48,785 nt of DNA, from NCBI GenBank assembly GCA_022823105.1, contig JAJDXU010000234.1, positions 1 to 48,785 of the forward strand, written 5' to 3'. Made by a program: the position numbers and the translations under genes. How positions within the stretch are numbered: position 1 is the first letter of the stretch; each line of letters begins with the position of its first letter. Source of the DNA: Dehalococcoidia bacterium (GTDB lineage Bacteria; Chloroflexota; Dehalococcoidia; Lucifugimonadales; UBA3495). Of this stretch, positions 24,804 to 32,709 are shown piece after piece. Under the pieces are notes generated by a model that was not told the DNA's origin, made no database searches, and saw only the letters and a program-made list of their open reading frames with translations.

Positions 24804-24927
24804 TGCAGGCGAAGCGCCGGGGCAGAGCGCATCACCCCCAGGACCTCACGCGTACTCAGTTTGTTATTGCCAGTAGCGAACCCGCCTCCAGCGGACTCGC
24901 GGTGACCGTTCCGGCGAAAATGGGCAT

Positions 24928-25300
24928 GGGTGAGGCGCTTGAGGATGGCGTCGCGGCGGCGGACTTGGGAGATGGTCGTGGGATCGCATCATGATTGTCA
25001 TCCGCCGGTGGCGGAAGGATTCACGGCATTTCCGGACTGGCAGGACCGGGGACGGCGGAGATTTTGGGAAATCCCGCTCATTTCCGCTCATTTCCGCTGA
25101 TTTGAGTAGGGCTGTGGGGTCGGTCATGGGGGCGGAAAGCGCGGTTTTGGCGGTCGGGTGAGCGGTTTTGGTGGAGCGGCATTTGGAGTGCGGCATGGGA
25201 CCGGTCCCCGGTGAGGGGTGGGACGACGGGTTGGACGCGGGCGTTCCGGTAGTTTGATGGTAAGGACGGAGGGATGGCAGGGGCAATGGGGAAGTGTCAC
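24928..25300 (-). repeat. ~375-bp strand-asymmetric interspersed element, copy 1 (G-rich on the + strand)
   Basis: Reverse complement aligns in blocks with 47465-47860. The near-identical core 25054-25106 matches 47689-47742 and contains GGAAATCCCGCTCATTTCCGCTCATTTCCG. Confidence 0.65.
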
Positions 25301-25404
25301 CGGACCGGGCCGTTTCAAAGTCGCCGTTGTCATTGCGCGTCCGACTATGGCACACGCGCGATGACGGTTCAACCCAAAGTATACGTGTTGGATGTCAAGG
25401 ATTT

Positions 25405-25800
25405 TCACGCTACTTGCGGGGATGGGGCAGGGATCCAAGGGGCGCCACGCTGTGCGACGGCGTGGAGGCGCAGCAGGAGCTTGCGCATGACCGCCACCAG
25501 AGCCACCTTGCCGGGTTTGCCCCGCTGCAGCAGTCGCTGATGAAAGCAGCGCAATTCAACGTCACCCGAGGCGACGTGGCAGGCGCGCGGCGGTTGGATC
25601 GGCCCGGTAACGTCAGGCGGAGCATCAGGGTTCGCCCCGACCCAAAAATGATGTGGTGGCGACGCTTCCCATCCCCGCGTACTGCGGCGATCAGGGCGCG
25701 ATCTGCGCCGCACATGGCCAGGGCTGTCCGAACCGGCCACGGCGACAGTGTCCGCGCCGGGCTCAGGCAATTGATCCGACTGCATCGCCCGGTTTGGACC
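25405..25800 (-). mobile_element. IS110-family transposase remnant (C-terminal part only, frameshifted)
   Basis: The tail ...LRCFHQRLLQRGKPGKVALVAVMRKLLLRLHAVAQRGAPW* matches the conserved IS110/IS116/IS902 C-terminus. Upstream similarity (ADRALIAAV..DGKRR) is in another frame. Only about 500 bp are available before the NHL gene stop, so the DEDD N-terminal domain is absent. Confidence 0.55.
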
Positions 25801-25910
25801 TGCGCCCATCACTGCCAGACCACAATTGGCCACAGGCAAGCGCCGCCCGCCCATCCGCGCCTGGACTGCGTAAAGGGCGGCGCCTGCCTGGTAGGCCGAT
25901 CGTCCGCGAT

Positions 25911-26948
25911 CTAGGACACCACCCGCACCCGGTGGTTGTTGCTGTCGGCCACGTAGATGGCTCCGTCGGACGCAATTCCGCATCCGTGCGGCCGGTCCAT
26001 GCCGGCATCCGTGGCCGGCCCGCCGTCGCCGTGTCCACCCAATTCGCCGCCGGCGATGGTGGTGACGATGCCCGTGTTGGCGTCGATGCGGCGGATGGCG
26101 TGGTTCTCGGTGTCCACCACGATGATGTTGTCGTTGGCGTCGCACCGGATGGCTTTCGGCGCTCCCCAGGTTGCGGCCAGCGCCGGCCCGCCGTCGCCGG
26201 TGTACCCGCGCTCGGCGTCCGCTCCGGCCACAGTCCCCATGATGCCGCCGGCGGTCACGATGCGCACGCCGTTGCCCTCACGTTCGGCGATGAAAGTGTT
26301 TCCCCGGCTGTCCATGCACACGGCCCGCGCGCCCAGGATGCTGGCCTGCGTGGCCGGCATGCCGTCGCCGCCGCGTACCTTTTCTCCGTTGCCGGCGAAC
26401 GTGCTTATGATCCCCGTCGCCAGGTCGAGACGGCGGATGCGCTGGTCCTGGATGTCGGCAATCAGCAGGCCGCCCCGACCGTCCAGGAAGCAGTCGTTCG
26501 GCTCGCGCAACTGCGCCGCATGGCCGGGGCCGCCGTCGCCCGAGTATCCCGGCTCACCCGTGCCGGCCACCGTGGTGATGATGCCCGTCGCGCCGTCCAC
26601 CCTGCGCACGGCCGCGTTGAGGCGGTCCACGATGTAGATGCTGCCGTCGGCGTCCACCTCCAGCGAGTACGGTTCGTTCATGGTGGCCGCCGTGGCGGGA
26701 CCGCCGTCGCCGGAGTAACCCTGCTCTCCATTGCCTGCCACCGTGGCGACGACCCCGGTGGCAGCGTCCACCCGCCGCACAATGTGGTTGCGGGCTTCGC
26801 AGAAGAACAGGTTGCCAGCCTGGTCGAAGGCGCACAGGAACGGCTCTCGCAGCGTGGCATCCGTAGCCGGGCCGCCGTCGCCGCTGTAGCCGGCCTCTCC
26901 GGTTCCCACGACGGTCCGGATAGTGGGAGCATTATTGGCTGTGGTCAT
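25911..26948 (-). CDS. NHL-repeat six-bladed beta-propeller protein
   Basis: Six repeats of about 57 aa of the type VAGTGE(P/A)GYSGDGGPAT.A.L..P......D..GN.YI.D..N..IRR. Confidence 0.85.
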   Translation of the reverse strand: MTTANNAPTIRTVVGTGEAGYSGDGGPATDATLREPFLCAFDQAGNLFFCEARNHIVRRVDAATGVVATVAGNGEQGYSGDGGPATAATMNEPYSLEVDADGSIYIVDRLNAAVRRVDGATGIITTVAGTGEPGYSGDGGPGHAAQLREPNDCFLDGRGGLLIADIQDQRIRRLDLATGIISTFAGNGEKVRGGDGMPATQASILGARAVCMDSRGNTFIAEREGNGVRIVTAGGIMGTVAGADAERGYTGDGGPALAATWGAPKAIRCDANDNIIVVDTENHAIRRIDANTGIVTTIAGGELGGHGDGGPATDAGMDRPHGCGIASDGAIYVADSNNHRVRVVS

Positions 26949-27370
26949 GTTGGTCTCCAGATCGGGGTCTCGTGAGATCGGGGTCTTGGATCGTGTCGCC
27001 GTACTATAGCAGGGACGGCCGACGCCATCGGCGCGGACCGGCGGAACAAACGCAGGATTCGACCGTTCAGATTCGACCCCTTGCCGGCACAGGCAATCCG
27101 TTATTCCGGCGCCCGTATCCAGTACAGCGCCGGTATTGAGCCGGAATCAGGGCAACTCTCGCCTGGAAACATCTTGATTATCCCACGGATGCCTGGGTTC
27201 TTGCTTGCGCAGACATGACACTCAGGGCATGTCCACACACGATAACGATGAAAGTTCGACTGACGTATTGTCCACCAATACTGCACAGATATTACGATAG
27301 AAATGCATTTGCGCATTGTCGCGGGGCAGGGTATTCTGTCGTGGGCGCCCCCTGTTGCTGAGTCCATCTC

Positions 27371-27811
27371 ATGTGGCAGAATGTGAAATACTACGCGGTC
27401 GCCTACGTTGTCGTCGTAATCGGGGTCCTGGTAGCAACCGGTTTTCAGTTGCTGGAATCTTTATTCCCTGAACTGCACCCGTTAAACAAGCTGGCAGCAA
27501 ACCTGTCCGGCATTTCTGTTGGAACTGTGATTATGGTGGTCGGATTAATCAGAGACAAGCGGGTGGACGACGCCCGTAAAGAGGCTGTCAAGGAACGCCA
27601 GCGCGCGGACAAGGCCGAGGCCGCCATCGCAAAAGCGAACCGGGAAGCCGAGCAGGCGCGCGAACAGGCCGAACAGCAACGTCTGAGGGCCAGAAAAGCC
27701 GAGGCCGAACTGGCCCGGGTACGCGCCGAGTACGAGGCCGAAGTCCTCGCCCGCATCCGCCGGCTGGAGGAATTCACCGGCATGCGAGCGCCGGAACCCG
27801 AGTCGGAATGA
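27371..27811 (+). CDS. membrane-anchored coiled-coil protein (hypothetical)
   Basis: Two N-terminal hydrophobic helices, then a charged helix: ERQRADKAEAAIAKANREAEQAREQAEQQRLRARKAEAELARVRAEYEAE. No clear RBS. Confidence 0.5.
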   Translation: MWQNVKYYAVAYVVVVIGVLVATGFQLLESLFPELHPLNKLAANLSGISVGTVIMVVGLIRDKRVDDARKEAVKERQRADKAEAAIAKANREAEQAREQAEQQRLRARKAEAELARVRAEYEAEVLARIRRLEEFTGMRAPEPESE

Positions 27812-27820
27812 TCCGCCGCG

Positions 27821-29296
27821 TCAGCGCGCGCCCAGGATCTCGCCCTTGATTCTGTCGACGGACCGGCGCAGGCGTTCGTCGGCGGCGATGGCATCGCGCA
27901 CCCTCGCCACGCCGTGAATCACCGTGCTGTGATTCCGTCCGGACAGGAACCGGCCCACGCTGGTCGGCGGCATGCCCAACTCCACGTTGAGCAGGTACAT
28001 CGTGACCTGCCGGGCCTGCGCCACCGGGGCGGTGCGTCCGCGTCCCAGGATCTGCTCCACGCTCACCTGGAAATGCCGGGCCACCGCGTCCAGGATCTGC
28101 TCCGGCGTTACCTCGGTCCGCGGGTCCGGGCCGGCGATGGCATCCAGTTGGTCCGCCACCGATTCGGGAGTCAGCGGGACGTTCATCATCTGCGCCATCG
28201 CCATGATTCGATTGAACGCGCCCCGCAACTGGCGCACGTTCCGGCTCACCCGCTGCGCGATCAGGGCCAGCACCGACTCGGGAGCATCCGCGTTTTGGGC
28301 GGCGGACCATGAGTGCAGAATGGCCATGCGCGTTTCGAGCGAGGGCGGCTGCATGTCGGCCAGCAAACCCCACTGGAATCGTGAGCGCAGCCGCTCCTCC
28401 AGGGGAGAGATCGTGTGCGGCGCCCGGTCGCTGGTGAGCACCACCTGGGCTCCCGACTGATGCAGGTCGTTGAACGTGTGGAAAAGGCTCTCCTGGGTCT
28501 GCTCCTTGCCCGCCAGGAACTGCACGTCGTCCATGAGCAGGAGATCCAACCCGCGATACCGGTCGCGAAATTCCCGCGTCGCCCGCCTCTGGATCGCCGA
28601 AACGAACTCGTTGGTGAACTGCTCCGAGGTAACGTAAAGGACCGAACGACCCTGTTCCAGCGCCCGGTTGCCCACGGCGTGGAGAAGATGGGTCTTTCCC
28701 AATCCCGACCCGGCGTAGATGAACAGCGGATTGTAGCCGCGCCCGGAATCCCCGCCCGCTGGCTCGGCTCCGGCCAGGGCCACGGAAGTGGCCGCGTGGT
28801 AAGCCAACTGGTTGCTCTCGCCCACCACGAAATCGTCAAACGTGTACCGCGGATTGCAGGTGGCTGCATTGACCGCGTCCCAGTCGTACCCGCCGGATGC
28901 GGCCCCGTTCCGTCCCAGATCGTAATCGTCGGGCACCGGCGCCCGTGTTCGGCGGTTAGGCGCCGCCGTTATCGCGTGGACGCTCACCCGATCGCCTGGT
29001 TCGGATGGCTCGCCGCCGGTCGCCACCGCGGGCATCGCCCGGTATTGGACACCGGCCGGCCGGCCCAGCGTTTTGGACAGCGCCTCCCGTGCCATTGCCA
29101 GGTGCAAAGGCAACTCCAGCCACGACACGGCAAACGAACTGGATGCCGCCACCACAAGGTCACCGTCATACCAACTGTGCCCAACGCTCGGACGCAGGAA
29201 CGTATTGAAATGCTCCCTGGGCATTTCCATTTCCAGCCGGCCAAGCGCCGCTTGCCAAACTGATGCGGGGTCTGAAAAATCGGCCACGGTCTGCAA
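27821..29296 (-). CDS. dnaA: chromosomal replication initiator protein DnaA
   Basis: AAA+ core YNPLFIYAGSGLGKTHLLHAVGN, LLMDDVQFLAGKEQTQE, and the C-terminal DNA-binding signature VAQARQVTMYLLNVELGMPPTSVGRFLSGRNHSTVIHGVARV. The tracked start is a TTG with a very short SD spacing; GTG three codons downstream is an alternative. Confidence 0.95.
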   Translation of the reverse strand: MQTVADFSDPASVWQAALGRLEMEMPREHFNTFLRPSVGHSWYDGDLVVAASSSFAVSWLELPLHLAMAREALSKTLGRPAGVQYRAMPAVATGGEPSEPGDRVSVHAITAAPNRRTRAPVPDDYDLGRNGAASGGYDWDAVNAATCNPRYTFDDFVVGESNQLAYHAATSVALAGAEPAGGDSGRGYNPLFIYAGSGLGKTHLLHAVGNRALEQGRSVLYVTSEQFTNEFVSAIQRRATREFRDRYRGLDLLLMDDVQFLAGKEQTQESLFHTFNDLHQSGAQVVLTSDRAPHTISPLEERLRSRFQWGLLADMQPPSLETRMAILHSWSAAQNADAPESVLALIAQRVSRNVRQLRGAFNRIMAMAQMMNVPLTPESVADQLDAIAGPDPRTEVTPEQILDAVARHFQVSVEQILGRGRTAPVAQARQVTMYLLNVELGMPPTSVGRFLSGRNHSTVIHGVARVRDAIAADERLRRSVDRIKGEILGAR

Positions 29297-29660
29297 AATC
29301 TCCTGTTGTATAAGGAGCTATGGTAGTGAGCCGGCGCCCCCATCCGCTAGGCGAGTTGCTAGATATCGCGTTCTGCCTTGTTTCAGTTAACCAACCAAAA
29401 ATATCCGTGGTTTGAAAATACGTATCGGCCATCATCGGGGCCGCGCCGGCGTCCGGCCAATACCGAAAGCGTGTTCCAAAATCTCAGAGGAGCGGCGACG
29501 ACGGCATGGTCCGGCGCAGACCTGCGCAACGTAACAACATCTGGTATTTAGCCCGTCCGGGATGCTCCGGGCCGCAGTTTGGCGCTTGGTTTCCGGGCAG
29601 CCTTGCCCCCCGCCAAAGCGCGGGTCCGACCGCCGCCGGGGCTTCAACGGGCAACAAACG

Positions 29661-30968
29661 CTACGGCCGCACGGCGCCTATCACGTACTCGGTGTGCATA
29701 CGGCGCTCGATACCGGCAAGCTCTGCTACGGCTTTGGCCGGGCGTCGCGCCGGCATCATACGCCGGTCCCGGTCTAGGTTCCGCGGCGCGACACCCACCA
29801 CGTCAAGACCGACGCGCGATGCGATGTCCGCCAGGCACTGATGCGTCGGAACCAGCACGTCGCGCATCACCGACGGACCCACCACGATGATGACGGCCGC
29901 GTTGCGGCGCAACACCCGCGCCATCTCGCCGATCGCTGCCCCCATATCCTGGAAATACCGTTCCAGGACCCTGGCCCTGGCTGCGTCCACCCGGGCCACC
30001 TCGCCGATCACGCCTTGCGCTGATGGCGGAACCGCATCGCTGGCGCTCTCACCCGAGCTTTGCCGCTCGGAGCCGATGTAGCGCCCGCGCAACTCGGACA
30101 GGCGGGGAATCGGGTCGCCCAGCCACGCCAGGGAGAATTTGTGCGCCCGCATGTAGTCCAGCGCGTTGGCGTACGGCGGCGACGTCACGATCAGGTCAAC
30201 GCTCTCGTCCTGCCACGGGAGGCGTCGCGAGTCTCCGGCGGCCACGGCGCTTTGCCCCACCGTGCCTGTGTCCACGGCGCGGTAGGCATCCACGGCGCGG
30301 TTGACCAGGATCTCGAATTGACGCAGGGCGCTGCGGGGCTGCTTCTCCGCCACCCGGTGCGGGCGCGTGTGGGCGAGGTCGCGGGCGCGCGATACCCCGC
30401 CCGACTTGGTAACGATGGTGGAGGAAAAGACCACCTCCAGCAGGTTGCGCAAACCCGGTTCGGGTTCCGCTCGAATGGCCAGGACCAGCGCGGCCAGTTC
30501 CGCCTGCGTTTCCGGCAAAAACCAGTAGTCCAGGAATTTCACCGTGGCATCATCCATGCCGCCGCGGACGAATCCCAGCGGGTCGTGGGGGTGGCTGTTG
30601 CCGGCGTTGAGGTCTTCCGCCCGTTCCAACGCCGCGTGCCCGGCCGCCTTTATGGCGTCCGCATCCAAAGCTGATGTCCGCGCCGCGCTCTGCCGTCGGG
30701 CCAGCGGGTCCAGGTCCACCCCGATCACGTTGCGCCCGGCCAGCCAACCCTCCAGCAGCGTTATCCCTGAACCGCACATGGGGTCCAAAACCACATCCCC
30801 CGGTCGCGTCAGCCCATTGATGAAATGGCCGGCCAATCCGTGGGGAAACCGCGCCGCGAAGGGATGCAGCGCGTGCAGGGGATGCGCCTCCCGCGCCGGC
30901 GCCTGGAAAGCCAGGTCGCCGGCGAGCAGGTCGGTCAGCCTGCGGCGGTCGGAAACTGCGGTCGTCAT
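29661..30968 (-). CDS. SAM-dependent DNA methyltransferase (N6-A/N4-C type, motif I before SPPY)
   Basis: HPFAARFPHGLAGHFINGLTRPGDVVLDPMCGSGITLLEG is motif I/X, and about 200 aa later VDLIVTSPPYANALDY is motif IV. ATG 30968-30966 overlaps the upstream HEPN stop as ATGA. Confidence 0.8.
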   Translation of the reverse strand: MTTAVSDRRRLTDLLAGDLAFQAPAREAHPLHALHPFAARFPHGLAGHFINGLTRPGDVVLDPMCGSGITLLEGWLAGRNVIGVDLDPLARRQSAARTSALDADAIKAAGHAALERAEDLNAGNSHPHDPLGFVRGGMDDATVKFLDYWFLPETQAELAALVLAIRAEPEPGLRNLLEVVFSSTIVTKSGGVSRARDLAHTRPHRVAEKQPRSALRQFEILVNRAVDAYRAVDTGTVGQSAVAAGDSRRLPWQDESVDLIVTSPPYANALDYMRAHKFSLAWLGDPIPRLSELRGRYIGSERQSSGESASDAVPPSAQGVIGEVARVDAARARVLERYFQDMGAAIGEMARVLRRNAAVIIVVGPSVMRDVLVPTHQCLADIASRVGLDVVGVAPRNLDRDRRMMPARRPAKAVAELAGIERRMHTEYVIGAVRP

Positions 30969-31321
30969 GGCGGCGGTCGGCCGGTGATCACTCTGACAAG
31001 TTCGGGCAATGATTGTGATACGGCCGTCCAAATATCTCCCACATCCGGCCGATCATGGGGGTTGGGCTGGTGCGCCAGGGAGTTGCGAAAGTTTACCCAA
31101 TACACCCGGCCGTAATCGGGGCAGATTATTTCCAAATCTCTGGAACGCGCCGACGCAACGTTTCCGATGCGAATCAAGGCGTAACTGGCAGCGTACAGCG
31201 AAAGGGTGTCCCGGCGCATGGATGCCTCATTGAGGCTGCGGATCAACGACCATTCCGTTGTCGCCTGGTCGGCTATCTCGTGCAACCAGGTGGCGTGGGG
31301 CTCGCCGGCGTTATGCAACAT
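30965..31321 (-). CDS. HEPN domain protein, DUF86/HepT-like, with intact RxxxxH
   Basis: YALIRIGNVASARSRDLEIICPDYGRVYWVNFRNSLAHQP...LPELVRVITG. R-N-S-L-A-H is the DUF86 catalytic motif. There is an 11-nt overlap with the upstream MNT-like ORF. Confidence 0.75.
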   Translation of the reverse strand: MLHNAGEPHATWLHEIADQATTEWSLIRSLNEASMRRDTLSLYAASYALIRIGNVASARSRDLEIICPDYGRVYWVNFRNSLAHQPNPHDRPDVGDIWTAVSQSLPELVRVITGRPPP

Positions 31322-31651
31322 AGACCGGCACGCTGTGGGCTATCGCCTCACCACAGCCCGAACCCTCCACCTCATCATCCGGCCGGTGGAGTCGGCCAAT
31401 ATAGGTTTTGACACCAATCGCTTTGCTGATGAGCGGGCCCATGGAGGGATGTTTTTTTATCACCGGCGCGTCATCCTGGTATTTGACCAGAAACACCAGT
31501 TCGACGCCCTCGAAAGGCCCGCTGAAATACATTCCCGACTGGCCCCGGGGGATCATACACATTCTTTGATGCCCCATTCGCGGCAGAAGTCGGCGATGTC
31601 GTCTAACGGCAGGTCTTCAAGTCGCACTTTCGCGCCAATATTCGGCTCTGC
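31311..31651 (-). pseudogene. minimal nucleotidyltransferase (MntA-like), frameshifted or fused and with degenerate catalytic motifs
   Basis: The N-terminal helix (VRLEDLPLDDIADFCREWGIKE) is read in the frame of the upstream HEPN ORF. After a 1-nt frame change the sequence continues MIPRGQSGMYFSGPFEGVELVFLVKYQDD...ISKAIGVKTYI...EAIAHSVPVYV. The expected G-S and DxD motifs are replaced (E-L-V where D-x-D is expected). Confidence 0.5.
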
Positions 31652-31984
31652 GCCGGTGACGTGGCGAACCAACTGCGGAGCGTCTTCCTTAACCGCGCGG
31701 GCGATATCGTCCGCGCTGATCCGCTCCGATTGGGTGGCCAGCTTATCCCGCAGATCAACCCACCAGGCCCAGGGGTAGTCAGGGGAAACCTGTTCCAGCC
31801 GTGAGCAGTGCCGCTCAATCGCATTGCCGATCCTGATCAGGCCGTAAGCGGCGGAGTATTGCATCCGCCGTTCCGTTGGCAAGGTTCGCGGGTCGAGCTC
31901 GCTGAGCACGAAAAGGGTTTCCTCGACCGAATTGACTACCGAATCCGGAGCAGCCTGCTGCGCCTCTGTGGGAACATTCAACAT
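31553..31984 (-). CDS. HEPN (DUF86-like) paralog with His-to-Thr substitution in the catalytic motif, C-terminally continuous with the MNT-like N-terminus
   Basis: YGLIRIGNAIERHCSRLEQVSPDYPWAWWVDLRDKLATQSE...APQLVRHVTG is collinear with 30965..31321, but R-D-K-L-A-T replaces RxxxxH. GAGGA RBS before ATG 31984. Confidence 0.6.
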   Translation of the reverse strand: MLNVPTEAQQAAPDSVVNSVEETLFVLSELDPRTLPTERRMQYSAAYGLIRIGNAIERHCSRLEQVSPDYPWAWWVDLRDKLATQSERISADDIARAVKEDAPQLVRHVTGAEPNIGAKVRLEDLPLDDIADFCREWGIKECV

Positions 31985-32091
31985 GATTTCTCTACGTCCT
32001 CGCGACATCAGCGAGAGCGTCAAAGTCAGGCTCCGCCGGGGGTATTCCGGCTTTTTCCGATGATAACATGGCGAATCGTTGACGGTGGTTT

Positions 32092-32709
32092 ATGACTGAC
32101 ACACTCGCCTTTCACCCCCTGACGCCCGAGTTGATGCACGATTTCGGCGCCGTGCTGCGCGGCAACTATGGCGCGGGTTGCTGGTGCATGTTCCCCCGCC
32201 TCACCCGGGCCGAAACCATCGCGCTGCCCGGCGAAGGCTCTATCAGCCCACGCCGCCGCAGGGTGATGACGGAACTGGCGAAGCGAGACCCGGCCCCTGG
32301 GCTGCTGGCCTACGATGGCGACGAGCCCGTGGGATGGATCGCCGTCGCGCCCCGTGGAGAATTGAACCGCGTAGACCGTTCCCGCGCGACCCCCAGGGTG
32401 GACGACGTCGACGTGTGGACCATTCCCTGCGTAACCGTTCGGAAAGATGTGCGCGGTCGCGGCATCGCCGTAGCCCTGATCCGGGAGGCGGTGCGTTATG
32501 CGGCCCAATATGCCGCTCCCGCCGTGGAGGCATACCCGCGTGACGGCTCCGAACGCACCGGCGACGACAACGCCTATTTCGGCACGGAAACCATGTTTCG
32601 CCGAGCCGGGTTCAGGATACTGCGCGGCCCGCTGGAAAACCGGCCACGCAACTGGATCGCCCGCGTGGTGATGCGCCGCACTATCCAACCTGACCCGGCA
32701 GCGCCGTGA
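32092..32709 (+). CDS. GNAT family N-acetyltransferase
   Basis: VGWIAVAPRGE..., then IPCVTVRKDVRGRGIAVALIREAVRYAAQ (the R/Q-x-x-G-x-G/A acetyl-CoA motif), then FRRAGF. Confidence 0.8.
   Translation: MTDTLAFHPLTPELMHDFGAVLRGNYGAGCWCMFPRLTRAETIALPGEGSISPRRRRVMTELAKRDPAPGLLAYDGDEPVGWIAVAPRGELNRVDRSRATPRVDDVDVWTIPCVTVRKDVRGRGIAVALIREAVRYAAQYAAPAVEAYPRDGSERTGDDNAYFGTETMFRRAGFRILRGPLENRPRNWIARVVMRRTIQPDPAAP

Noticed and set aside
24864-25355. 163-aa Pro/Ser/Thr-rich ORF spanning repeat-element copy 1 (and 47526..47717 / 47704..47922 on copy 2)
   Set aside because: The two element copies are conserved at nucleotide level but not in any common reading frame. The composition simply mirrors the C-rich strand.
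25653-26975. 440-aa + strand ORF across the NHL-repeat gene
   Set aside because: It is an Arg/Gly/Ala/Val-rich antisense shadow. The minus-strand frame shows six regular NHL repeats.
27101-27367. 88-aa minus-strand ORF with Cys pairs (CPECHVC) in the lower-GC gap
   Set aside because: It has no RBS, odd composition (W/R/C-rich) and no recognisable zinc-ribbon spacing. It is more likely non-coding intergenic or origin-proximal DNA.
29297-29660. DnaA boxes / oriC immediately upstream of dnaA
   Set aside because: The best matches (TTATACAAC, ATATCCGTG) have three or more mismatches to TTATCCACA. There is no cluster and no clear AT-rich unwinding element.
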